NCBI GenBank assembly: GCA_016295795.1 | Contig: JAEDKN010000001.1 | Coordinates: 6,845 to 70,844, forward strand | Length of the DNA: 64,000 bases | Reading direction: 5' to 3' | Origin: Bacilli bacterium | Lineage (GTDB): Bacteria > Bacillota_I > Bacilli_A > RF39 > UBA660 | Part shown: in pieces, positions 42,507-53,880 of the stretch | Layout: the number at the start of each line of letters is the position of its first letter | Position numbering within the stretch: position 1 is the stretch's first letter | Position numbers and translations under genes: made by a program | The notes under the pieces: generated by a model | Told to the model about the DNA's origin: nothing | Databases searched by the model: none | What the model saw: only the letters and a program-made list of their open reading frames with translations

Positions 42507-43416
42507 TACTGTTTCCTCTTTTCACTAGTAAATTTTGGAATATTGTAAATAAATTTGTAGTTATCCAATATATATTTAACGCAGATGTCATGAACACTGA
42601 CATTATTATTATCATAATAACCATAACTCGGTTCATTGTCTTTGCTTGATTGTTATCACCCATTGCAGTAGCATTAAGTTTAAATGAAAAATATGTAGTA
42701 ATACCAACGACACCGATTAATAAAATATATAATAATTTCCCGCTTTGTATTGCAGTAAGAGGTGTCGTTCCTAATTGAAAAGTTAAGAATGTTTCTTCAA
42801 AAATTGCAGGTACCCTGTTTATTGCTTCTAAAAATCCAATAAATAGTGGCAATTGCAAAAATGAGAACAAACAACCTGATACAGGATTAATATTATATTT
42901 TTTATAAATTAACATCATTTCTTGATTTTTTTTCATAAGAGAATCTTGATCTGTTTTATCAAGATATTTTTTTTCAAGCTTATCTAAGTCTGGCTTAGCT
43001 TTTTTTAATAATTCAGATTGTAGTGCTGTTTTTCTTGTAATTGGAAATGCTACTAATCTTATTAACAAACTTACTATTATTAAACCTAATCCATAATTTT
43101 TTACTAAATCACCTATTGTCAAAATTAACCAAGCTAATGGTTTTACGAATATGGAGGTCCACAATCCTTCATAACCACCAGAGGCAATTTTAAACTCCTC
43201 ACATTCCGGCAACTTTTCTAAATCTATTTTATTTTCTTCATATATTTTTATTGTATCCTCATCTTTAGGTCGACATAAAATATTTTCAGTTAAACTCTGT
43301 CCTGTTGTAGGATTTTTAACTACCTTGTCATCTTTAGTTAATGATTTAGTGCAGCCCGTTAATAATATTAATATTAATAATACTATTGTTATCTTTCTCT
43401 TTAATGTGTTTTTCAT
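42493..43416 (-). CDS. yidC: Membrane protein insertase YidC/SpoIIIJ (lipoprotein)
   Basis: LLTGC lipobox and the YidC 60-kDa IMP domain. It lies downstream of rnpA. Confidence 0.93.
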   Translation of the reverse strand: MKNTLKRKITIVLLILILLTGCTKSLTKDDKVVKNPTTGQSLTENILCRPKDEDTIKIYEENKIDLEKLPECEEFKIASGGYEGLWTSIFVKPLAWLILTIGDLVKNYGLGLIIVSLLIRLVAFPITRKTALQSELLKKAKPDLDKLEKKYLDKTDQDSLMKKNQEMMLIYKKYNINPVSGCLFSFLQLPLFIGFLEAINRVPAIFEETFLTFQLGTTPLTAIQSGKLLYILLIGVVGITTYFSFKLNATAMGDNNQAKTMNRVMVIMIIIMSVFMTSALNIYWITTNLFTIFQNLLVKRGNSNEKK

Positions 43417-43755
43417 TTATTTCTCCTTTTGGTTTATTTTCTTTATTAGAAATATAAAATTTTGTTCTAAATTGCTAAAATCAATTTCTAAACAAGCTTT
43501 CCTTAATATTATAATATAATCTAAATTTTTTTTGTAGTATTTTTTATTGTTGTCAATAATATTTCTTATTCTTCTTTTATATTTATTTCGATAAACCGCA
43601 TTACCTATTTTTTTTCCAACAGATATTCCAAAACGATATTTATCAAGATTATTTTTTTTATAATATATAATAAAATATTTATTTTTAATTTTCTCTCCTG
43701 TATTCAATATACTATTAAATTCATAATTTTTTTTAACTATATTGTTTTTTTTCAT
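43417..43755 (-). CDS. rnpA: Ribonuclease P protein component
   Basis: A 112-aa basic protein. KKNYEFNSIL...RNKYKRRIRN matches the RnpA RNR-like motif region. Confidence 0.9.
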   Translation of the reverse strand: MKKNNIVKKNYEFNSILNTGEKIKNKYFIIYYKKNNLDKYRFGISVGKKIGNAVYRNKYKRRIRNIIDNNKKYYKKNLDYIIILRKACLEIDFSNLEQNFIFLIKKINQKEK

Positions 43756-43822
43756 AGGGTTACTCCTTTTTCAATATACAAATATATTATATCAAAAAAA
43801 AAGCCACATTTACAGTGGAATA

Positions 43823-43942
43823 TTAAACTAATTTTTTTCGTCCTTTTTTTCTACGATTATTAATTACTTTACCTTTTATTCTCGAAAAAAATCCATGTTT
43901 CTTTGCTTTTTTTCTATTATTTGGTTGATACGTTCTTTTCAT
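43823..43942 (-). CDS. rpmH: 50S ribosomal protein L34 (missed by the ORF track because it is under 60 aa)
   Basis: My hand translation of the minus strand gives [39 protein letters not shown] (39 aa). This is the canonical L34 sequence, positioned just upstream of rnpA. Confidence 0.93.
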   Translation of the reverse strand: MKRTYQPNNRKKAKKHGFFSRIKGKVINNRRKKGRKKLV

Positions 43943-43955
43943 TTCTACACCTCCA

Positions 43956-44246
43956 AACTAAAGTCTCTCCTATTATAATAGTCTTATATACTCTTTGTCA
44001 ATCAATTTTTTAATTTTATTTATTCCACAAAATTAACAACGCTGTTGAAATTTTTTTCAATAGTTGTTTATTTAAATTTGTGGAAAATGTGGAAAATTGA
44101 TTATTTTTCTTGTTAATTAGGGTTTTTATTGTGAATAATTCTGTGACTTTGTTGTTAATAAAATTTTATTTTACATTTATTCTTTATTTTTTCAACAACT
44201 TAAGTTACAATATCAATAGATTTACAATTCTTTTATCCAGGGGGCG
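43956..44246. promoter_or_regulatory. oriC upstream module: a DnaA-box cluster between rpmH and dnaA
   Basis: TGTGGAAAA (rc TTTTCCACA) occurs twice in tandem at 44068-44076 and 44077-44085. TGTGAATAA (rc TTATTCACA) is at 44131-44139. Weaker boxes are at about 44011 (TTATTCCACA) and 44232 (TTATCCAGG). The position relative to dnaA is conserved. Confidence 0.6.
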
Positions 44247-44255
44247 GTGATAAAA

Positions 44256-45626
44256 ATGGATGAGAAAAAAATTTGGAGTACTGTTCTTTCTAAAATCAAA
44301 GAAGAAATTAATTCTTTATCTTTTCAAACGTGGTTTGAGGAAACAGAATTATACAGATTAGATAAAAATGTAGCGAAAATTATTGTCCCTTATGCAATAC
44401 ATAAAAACCATATTATGAATAATTACCACGATATAATCGTAGAAAATCTATATGAGTTAACCAAAGTTACATATGAACTAGAATTATTATTAAAAGAAGA
44501 TATTAAAGAAGATAAAATTGAGAATATTAAAGAAATAAATAATTTTAATACCGAAACCGTCAGCATAGAAAATAATTTTATTGATTCAAATTTAAATTCA
44601 AAATATACATTTGAAAATTTTATAGTAGGGAATAGTAACAAATTTGCACATGCTGCTGCATTAGCTGTTGCTGAAAACCCTGGTAAGATGTATAATCCAC
44701 TATTTATTTATGGAAATAGCGGACTAGGTAAAACACATTTAATGCATGCTATTGGCAATTATATAGTAAAAAATAGTAACAAAAAAGTGTTATATGTTAC
44801 CAGCGAACAATTTGTTTCAGATTTTATAGGAATTAATAAAAAGGATGAAAGTGGAACAAATTTCAGCTATGTGGACTTTTTTAAACAGAAATACAGAAAT
44901 ATTGATGTTCTCATTATAGACGATATACAATATTTAGGTGGTGCAACCGAAACACAAAAGGAGTTTTTTCATACTTTTAATACTTTATATGGAGATAATA
45001 AGCAAATTATAATTTCTTCAGATAGATCTCCAGATGATTTAAAAATTTTAGAGGATCGTTTAAGAACTAGATTCTGTTGGGGATTACCCGTTGATATATA
45101 TCCTCCAGATTTTGAACTTAGAGTTGCAATATTAAAAAAACGCATTCTTGGTGAAGCCATAAACAAGGAAATACCAGAACAAGTAATAGAATATATGGCT
45201 TCAAATTTAGGTAGTGATATTAGACAACTCGAAGGTGCAGTTACTAGATTGGTAGCTTATTCAACAATTATGGGATCTGAAATTGATTTAAATCTTGCGA
45301 TGGAAGCATTAAAAGATTATATAAATAAAGGTATAAGTGAAAAAAATAACGTAAACAAAATTCAAAAAGTTGTGGCAGAATATTTTCAAATTTCTGTCGA
45401 AGATTTGAAATCAAAAAAAAGAAATTCTAATATTTCATTTCCACGACAAATTGCAATGTACCTGTGCAGAAAATTTACTGATGAATCTTTTCCTAAAATA
45501 GGTATAGAATTTGGAGGAAAAGATCATTCAACTGTTATGCATTCATGTGAAAAAATTGAAAAGGAAATTAGAATTAACAAAGATTTAGCAGATACAATAG
45601 ACAAATTACAAAAAGAAATTCACTAA
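44256..45626 (+). CDS. dnaA: Chromosomal replication initiator DnaA
   Basis: A Walker A motif GNSGLGKTHL, an AAA+ sensor region, and a C-terminal DNA-binding domain (ISFPRQIAMYLCRKFT). I favour the start MDEKKIWS at 44256 (the ORF track gives 44247). Confidence 0.96.
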   Translation: MDEKKIWSTVLSKIKEEINSLSFQTWFEETELYRLDKNVAKIIVPYAIHKNHIMNNYHDIIVENLYELTKVTYELELLLKEDIKEDKIENIKEINNFNTETVSIENNFIDSNLNSKYTFENFIVGNSNKFAHAAALAVAENPGKMYNPLFIYGNSGLGKTHLMHAIGNYIVKNSNKKVLYVTSEQFVSDFIGINKKDESGTNFSYVDFFKQKYRNIDVLIIDDIQYLGGATETQKEFFHTFNTLYGDNKQIIISSDRSPDDLKILEDRLRTRFCWGLPVDIYPPDFELRVAILKKRILGEAINKEIPEQVIEYMASNLGSDIRQLEGAVTRLVAYSTIMGSEIDLNLAMEALKDYINKGISEKNNVNKIQKVVAEYFQISVEDLKSKKRNSNISFPRQIAMYLCRKFTDESFPKIGIEFGGKDHSTVMHSCEKIEKEIRINKDLADTIDKLQKEIH

Positions 45627-45766
45627 ATTGTTGAAAAAAAATATATATTAACATTTTTTCCACAAATTAAAATTTTCTCAAAGACCTAAAATTAAAGAAA
45701 AATTATAGTTATTAACAGTTTCCACTGTAATAATATTAAAAATATATTAAGAAAGAAGGAATAATT
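45627..45766. promoter_or_regulatory. oriC downstream module: an AT-rich unwinding region plus a DnaA box between dnaA and dnaN
   Basis: A TTTTCCACA box at 45656-45664. A near-pure A/T tract (AAAAAAAATATATATTAACATTTTTT) lies at 45635-45660, and a weaker box, TTTCCACTG, is near 45718. Confidence 0.5.
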
Positions 45767-46891
45767 ATGAAAATTAAAATTAAAAAAGATTTATTATTAG
45801 AAGGGTTAAACAAAGTGTCAAGAGCAATTTCAACAAAAAATTTAATTCCAATATTATCTGGTATTAAATTTGATTTATCTTTAGAAGGATTAACATTAAC
45901 AGCTTCTGACAATGATATTACAATTCAGACTTTTATCCCCATAGAAAACGATAATATGTATATAGAAAAGGAAGGAAGCATAATAATACAAGGAAAATAT
46001 ATATTAGATATAGTACGAAAATTACCAGATGAATATATAAATATAGAAGTAATAGATGAATTAAAAATATTGATATATGCAGAAAATAGTGAATTTAATT
46101 TAAATGGCATAAATAAAAAAGAATATCCTAATATTTCTTTAGAAAATAGTAAGACTTTTGTAAAAATAAACAATAAAGTGTTCAAAACACTGATAAATCA
46201 AACAGCCTTTGCAACATCTAATGATGAATCTAGGCCAATTCTTACTGGTATAAATATAAAAATTACTGGAGATATTTTAGAATGTAGTGCTACAGATTCA
46301 TATAGACTATCAAAAAAACAAGTTAAAATAGATAATGTTACAAATGAAAATTATAACATTATAATACCAGGAAAGAATATAACTGAATTCATTAAAATAT
46401 TAAATGATAACAATAATGATCTTGAGATACATATATTTAATAATAAAGTTTTATTTAAACAAGAAAATCTATTATTTCAATCTAGGTTAGTTAGTGGAAA
46501 TTATCCTAATGTTAACAATTTAATTCCAAATGATTCATTTTTAAAAGTAACTGCTAATTTATCAGATTTATATGATGTCATAGATAGAGCTAGTATTCTA
46601 ACTTCTGATAAAGAAAAAAATATAGTAACATTAGAAACAAATAAAAATGTATTGATTGTAAAATCATCTTCAGCAGAGATTGGTAGAGTTGAGGAAAAAA
46701 TGATAATAAGTAAAGATAATGATGAAGAAATTAAAATTTCTTTTAGTGCAAAATATATGATGGATGCTTTAAAATCTTTTGAAGGTGATATGGTTGAAAT
46801 GTTATTCGTTGGAGAAGTGAAACCAATTATAGTAAAAGATGTTGAAGATCCTAATTTAATTCAATTAGTTTTGCCAATTAGAACTTATTAA
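45767..46891 (+). CDS. dnaN: DNA polymerase III beta sliding clamp
   Basis: At 374 aa with a three-domain clamp pattern, immediately downstream of dnaA. Confidence 0.95.
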   Translation: MKIKIKKDLLLEGLNKVSRAISTKNLIPILSGIKFDLSLEGLTLTASDNDITIQTFIPIENDNMYIEKEGSIIIQGKYILDIVRKLPDEYINIEVIDELKILIYAENSEFNLNGINKKEYPNISLENSKTFVKINNKVFKTLINQTAFATSNDESRPILTGINIKITGDILECSATDSYRLSKKQVKIDNVTNENYNIIIPGKNITEFIKILNDNNNDLEIHIFNNKVLFKQENLLFQSRLVSGNYPNVNNLIPNDSFLKVTANLSDLYDVIDRASILTSDKEKNIVTLETNKNVLIVKSSSAEIGRVEEKMIISKDNDEEIKISFSAKYMMDALKSFEGDMVEMLFVGEVKPIIVKDVEDPNLIQLVLPIRTY

Positions 46892-46918
46892 AAATAACAA
46901 TTTTGTTATTTTTTTTTA
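46892..46918 (+). terminator. Rho-independent terminator of dnaN
   Basis: A hairpin AAATAAC-aatttt-GTTATTT followed by a T9 run. Confidence 0.5.
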
Positions 46919-47035
46919 ATAAATATTACAAATTTCGTTCAAATTCGACAAAGATTTGTGTTATTCTCTTGACGTAATTTTTAAAAATTATAAATTTTAA
47001 ATTTCTAGAAATTTTATATGAAATAGGGGGATTTT

Positions 47036-47497
47036 ATGAATTTTTATGAAATTAATGAAGAAACATTAGCAATAATACCAATTGATTATGAAAAAACAAA
47101 AGTTATTGAATTAAATAACGAATACATTGTAGATAAAAAAGCTTATCAAGTTATGGATGAAAGTTGTCAATATTATGGAAGTACATATAAAGGAAGACTT
47201 ACTGCAGCAAAAAAAATACTAGAATGTGCATACAAAATACCAATATTAGTTGAAGAAACTCAAAGTATTATATTTTTTCCAACTAAATCATCTTTAGAAG
47301 AAGATTGTTGCTGGATTAATTTTAATCAAATAAAAAAAATAGAAAAAAGAAATAATGATACGTTAGTTACTTTTAATAATAATAAAGAAATATTATTTGA
47401 TATTTCTAAGTTATCTATTGAAAATCAAATATCAAGATCAACAAGATTAGGTTATCTAATTCAACAAAGATTAAAAAAACAACAAAATATAAATTAA
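47036..47497 (+). CDS. comK: ComK-family protein (competence transcription factor homologue)
   Basis: ETLAIIP...QVMDESCQYYGSTYKGR...KIPILVEETQSIIFFPTKSSLEEDCCWINFNQIK...NDTLVTFNNNKEILFDISKLSIENQISRSTRL. Each block aligns with a B. subtilis ComK block (ATIAVLP, QIVDRSCRFFGSSYAGR, KPPIMVDPSNQIFLFPTLSS...CGWISHVHVK, DDTEVTFSNGKTMELPISYNSFENQVYRTAWL). Confidence 0.75.
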   Translation: MNFYEINEETLAIIPIDYEKTKVIELNNEYIVDKKAYQVMDESCQYYGSTYKGRLTAAKKILECAYKIPILVEETQSIIFFPTKSSLEEDCCWINFNQIKKIEKRNNDTLVTFNNNKEILFDISKLSIENQISRSTRLGYLIQQRLKKQQNIN

Positions 47498-47607
47498 AAA
47501 GGCAAAAAGCCTTTTTTTAATGAAAAAATATGATATAATTAATATGTATGTATAGGACTACTAAAAGATAGATAAAGGTGAAATTATGGGGTTTTTGAGG
47601 ACTTAAA

Positions 47608-50647
<3,040 letters not shown>

Positions 50648-50659
50648 GAGGTTTTGATA

Positions 50660-53074
50660 ATGGATAAGTTAGAACAAAATAATATTGTTAAAGAGGTACA
50701 GGATTCGTTTTTAGATTATTCTATGAGTGTTATTACAGCTCGTGCAATACCTGATTTGAGAGACGGTTTAAAACCTGTTCATAGAAGAATTTTGTATTCT
50801 ATGTATGAGTCTGGATATACTCCTGATAAACCACATAAAAAAAGTGCAAGAATTGTCGGAGATGTAATGGGTAAATATCATCCACATGGGGATTCTTCAA
50901 TATATGAAGCAATGGTGCGTATGGCCCAAGATTTTTCATATCGATATATGTTGGTAGATGGGCATGGTAACTTTGGAAATATAGATGGATATGGAGCTGC
51001 AGCTATGCGTTATACTGAATCTAGGCTTTCTAAAATTTCATTAGAGTTACTTAGAAATATAAATAAAAATACAGTTGATTTTATACCAAATTTTGATGAA
51101 TCCGAAAAGGAACCAGTTGTTTTGCCTTCTAGGTTTCCTAATATTTTAGTTAATGGAACAACAGGTATAGCAGTTGGTATGGCTACAAATATTCCTCCAC
51201 ATAATTTAGGTGAAGTAATTGATGGATGTATAGCATATATTGATAACCCTGCAATAGATTTAAATGAATTGATGAATTATATTAAAGGTCCAGATTTTCC
51301 TACAGGAGCCATAATTTTAGGAAATAGCGGAATTAGAAAAGCATATGAAACAGGAAGAGGGACTATTACAATTCGTAGCAGAGCTAGAATTGAAGAAAAA
51401 AATGGAAAGCAATATATTATAATAGACGAAGTTCCTTATGGTGTTAATACTTTAGAACTAAAAAACAAAGTTGCAGAACTTGTTCATAATAAAGTTATTG
51501 AGGGAATAGCTGATTATCACTCAGATTTGAAAGATGGAATTAAAATTACTATAACACTAAAAAAAGATGCAAATGCTCAAGTTGTTTTGAATAAACTTTA
51601 TAAACATACAGCATTTCAGACAAGCTATGGTATAATTTTCTTAATGTTAGATCAAGGCGTACCTAAAACTCTGGGTCTTAAAGATATTATTTCTAAATAC
51701 ATTGATTTTCAGAGAGAAATTATTATTCGTAGAACTCAATTTGATTTAGAAGCGGCTGAAAAAAGAGTTCATATATTAGAAGGTTTGAAGATTGCTTTAG
51801 ATCATATAGATGCTATTATCAAGCTTATAAAAGCATCGAAAGGCGACGATGATGCTAGAAGTGGATTAATTGCTCAATTTGGCCTTAGTGAAGCGCAGGC
51901 TAATGCAATATTGGAAATGAAGCTAAGACGTTTGACCGGTTTAGAAAGAGAAAAGATTGAAAACGAATTAGCAGAATTATTAAAAATTATTGATGAATTA
52001 AGGTTAATTTTAAGTAGCGACGAAAAAATATTAGCAGTAATTAAGAAAGAATTATTGGAAATTAAAGAAAAATACGGAGATGAAAGAAGAACGAGTATAG
52101 ATATGACTGCCATTGAATACATAGAGGATGAATCATTAATTCCTGTTGAAAAGATACTTATAACACTTACTAACAAGGGATATATAAAGAGGATGTTAGT
52201 CGATTCATATCGTACTCAAAATCGTGGTGGTGTAGGAATTAAAGGAATGACTACTAATGAAGAAGATTTTGTTGAAAAAATGATTAATATGAAAACCCAT
52301 GATTATGTATTATTCTTTAGTAATAAAGGAAAAGTATATAGAATGAAAGGATACGAAATTCCGGAATTCAGCAGACAGTCTAAAGGATTGCCAATAATTA
52401 ATTTGTTACCTTTGGAAAAAGAAGAAAAAATAACTTCTATGGTAATGATCGAATCCGAGGAAAAAACGAACAAATATTTGATGTTTTTTACTAAATCTGG
52501 TCTAACAAAGCGTACTAAAATAGAAGAATTTGAAAATATTAGAAATAATGGAAAGAAAGCAATAGTATTAAAAGAAGACGACGAATTGATTGCTGTTAGA
52601 AAAACAAATGGTTCTAATGAAATTTTAATTGGAGCTAGTAATGGTAGAATGGCAAGATTTAACGAAACCGAAATTAGAATAATGGGAAGAAGCAGTAGTG
52701 GTGTTAGAGGTATTAGTTTTGTTGATGCTTATGTTGTTGGTGCGGAAGTAATTGATTCTGATAGTGATGTTCTTGTGGTTACTGAAAAAGGATATGGTAA
52801 AAAAACAAAAGCAGATCAATATAGATTAACACATAGAGGAAGTAAAGGAGTTAAAGCTTTAAATGTAACAGATAAAAATGGAATGTTAATTTCATTAAGG
52901 ACAGTTACAGAAAATGAAGATGTTTTGGTTATTACTAATAGTGGAATTATTATAAGAATAGATACAGAGCAAATTTCAACAATGAGTAGAAACACTCAAG
53001 GAGTGAAATTAATTAATTTAAAAGAAAATCAAAAAGTTTCAACAATTGCACTTGTAGAAAAAGAAGAAAAATAG
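50660..53074 (+). CDS. gyrA: DNA gyrase subunit A
   Basis: The active-site region AAMRYTE(S)R, a QRDR ([12 protein letters not shown]), and a C-terminal beta-pinwheel. I trimmed the start to MDKLEQ at 50660. Confidence 0.97.
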   Translation: MDKLEQNNIVKEVQDSFLDYSMSVITARAIPDLRDGLKPVHRRILYSMYESGYTPDKPHKKSARIVGDVMGKYHPHGDSSIYEAMVRMAQDFSYRYMLVDGHGNFGNIDGYGAAAMRYTESRLSKISLELLRNINKNTVDFIPNFDESEKEPVVLPSRFPNILVNGTTGIAVGMATNIPPHNLGEVIDGCIAYIDNPAIDLNELMNYIKGPDFPTGAIILGNSGIRKAYETGRGTITIRSRARIEEKNGKQYIIIDEVPYGVNTLELKNKVAELVHNKVIEGIADYHSDLKDGIKITITLKKDANAQVVLNKLYKHTAFQTSYGIIFLMLDQGVPKTLGLKDIISKYIDFQREIIIRRTQFDLEAAEKRVHILEGLKIALDHIDAIIKLIKASKGDDDARSGLIAQFGLSEAQANAILEMKLRRLTGLEREKIENELAELLKIIDELRLILSSDEKILAVIKKELLEIKEKYGDERRTSIDMTAIEYIEDESLIPVEKILITLTNKGYIKRMLVDSYRTQNRGGVGIKGMTTNEEDFVEKMINMKTHDYVLFFSNKGKVYRMKGYEIPEFSRQSKGLPIINLLPLEKEEKITSMVMIESEEKTNKYLMFFTKSGLTKRTKIEEFENIRNNGKKAIVLKEDDELIAVRKTNGSNEILIGASNGRMARFNETEIRIMGRSSSGVRGISFVDAYVVGAEVIDSDSDVLVVTEKGYGKKTKADQYRLTHRGSKGVKALNVTDKNGMLISLRTVTENEDVLVITNSGIIIRIDTEQISTMSRNTQGVKLINLKENQKVSTIALVEKEEK

Positions 53075-53102
53075 TAAAAAAATAATTTTATTAAATACAA
53101 AA

Positions 53103-53149
53103 TTATTTCCCGGGAAATAAATTATATAAAAATATTTCCCGGGAAATAT
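53103..53149. promoter_or_regulatory. Copies 2 and 3 of the ATTTCCCGGGAAAT palindrome, in tandem (TTATTTCCCGGGAAATAA at 53103-53120 and ATATTTCCCGGGAAATAT at 53132-53149)
   Basis: Direct reading. The centres are 29 bp apart, about 50-95 bp upstream of the ffs -35 element and just before the gyrA terminator. Confidence 0.5.
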
Positions 53150-53153
53150 TTTT

Positions 53154-53179
53154 ATGTTTCACGTGAAACATGTTTTTTT
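53154..53179 (+). terminator. gyrA terminator: the palindrome ATGTTTCACGTGAAACAT followed by a T7 run
   Basis: A perfect 18-bp palindrome followed by GTTTTTTT. Confidence 0.6.
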
Positions 53180-53197
53180 GAAATATAAAATAAAGTC

Positions 53198-53226
53198 TTG
53201 CAAAAATATAAAAAATAATATAATAT
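53198..53226 (+). promoter_or_regulatory. SigA-type promoter of the SRP RNA (TTGCAA-17-TAATAT)
   Basis: -35 TTGCAA at 53198-53203, a 17-nt spacer, and -10 TAATAT at 53221-53226. The predicted +1 lies about 7 nt downstream, where the SRP RNA helix begins. Confidence 0.5.
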
Positions 53227-53232
53227 AATTAT

Positions 53233-53310
53233 CGATGCAACAATCATGGTGGAACCAGGTCAGAATCGGAAGATAGCAGCCTTAACACTTAATGATTGTG
53301 TGCATCATTT
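53233..53310 (+). ncRNA. ffs: Small (4.5S-type) signal recognition particle RNA
   Basis: It contains ACCAGGUCAGAAUCGGAAGAUAGCAGCC, matching the universally conserved SRP domain IV (ACCAGGUCAGGUCCGGAAGGAAGCAGCC). The flanking arms GAUGCAACAAUCAU and AUGAUUGUGUGCAUC pair. Its position between gyrA and tadA is the B. subtilis scr locus. The ORF-track ORF 53292..53771 starts inside it. Confidence 0.7.
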
Positions 53311-53327
53311 ATTATGGAGTGATGAAT

Positions 53328-53771
53328 ATGGATGATCGCTTTATGAAAATAGCTTTATTAGAGGCCAATAAAGCGTATAACAACTCTGATGTACCAGTGG
53401 GAGCCATTATTGTATATAAAAATAAAATTATAGCAAAGGGATATAATAAAAAAGAAAAAAATCAAAATGTTTTGAAACATGCAGAATTGATAGCAATAGA
53501 TAAAGCTTGTAAAAAAATGAAAAGTTGGCGTTTGAACGAATGCGTTATTTATACCACATTATTTCCTTGTCCAATGTGTGCGGCAGCAATTCAACAAGCA
53601 AGAATATCAAAATTGGTTTATTTAGATAATTCTAATAATAAATTTATTACTCATATATCCAGTAATATATTACATAACAAAAAAAATAATCATCAAGTGA
53701 GAATAGAAAAAATTAATATACATTCTGATTTGATTAGGACTTTTTTTAACGAGCTAAGAGTTAATAAATAA
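53328..53771 (+). CDS. tadA: tRNA-specific adenosine deaminase TadA
   Basis: CDA zinc motifs HAELIAI and PCPMCAAAI. I trimmed the start to MDDRFMKIALLEA at 53328, which follows a GGAGTG RBS and clears the SRP RNA. Confidence 0.9.
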   Translation: MDDRFMKIALLEANKAYNNSDVPVGAIIVYKNKIIAKGYNKKEKNQNVLKHAELIAIDKACKKMKSWRLNECVIYTTLFPCPMCAAAIQQARISKLVYLDNSNNKFITHISSNILHNKKNNHQVRIEKINIHSDLIRTFFNELRVNK

Positions 53772-53801
53772 TGTTTCACGTGAAACATTATTTATTTTTT
53801 T
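53763..53801 (+). terminator. tadA terminator: the 34-bp perfect palindrome AATAAATAATGTTTCACGTGAAACATTATTTATT followed by a T-run
   Basis: Direct reading. It overlaps the tadA stop codon and shares the TGTTTCACGTGAAACA core with the gyrA terminator. Confidence 0.6.
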
Positions 53802-53880
53802 CTTAAAATTCAATTTCTTGATATGAAATGAAAATAAAAAGTGATATAATATATGTATCTTTGTTGAAAGGAGGAAAAAA

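Noticed and set aside
46969-46997. A SigA promoter (TTGACG ... TATAAA) and ComK K-box upstream of the comK-like gene
   Set aside because: The -35/-10 spacing comes out at 14-15 nt, not 17 plus or minus 1. No clean AAAA-N5-TTTT pair could be placed. It is too uncertain to annotate.
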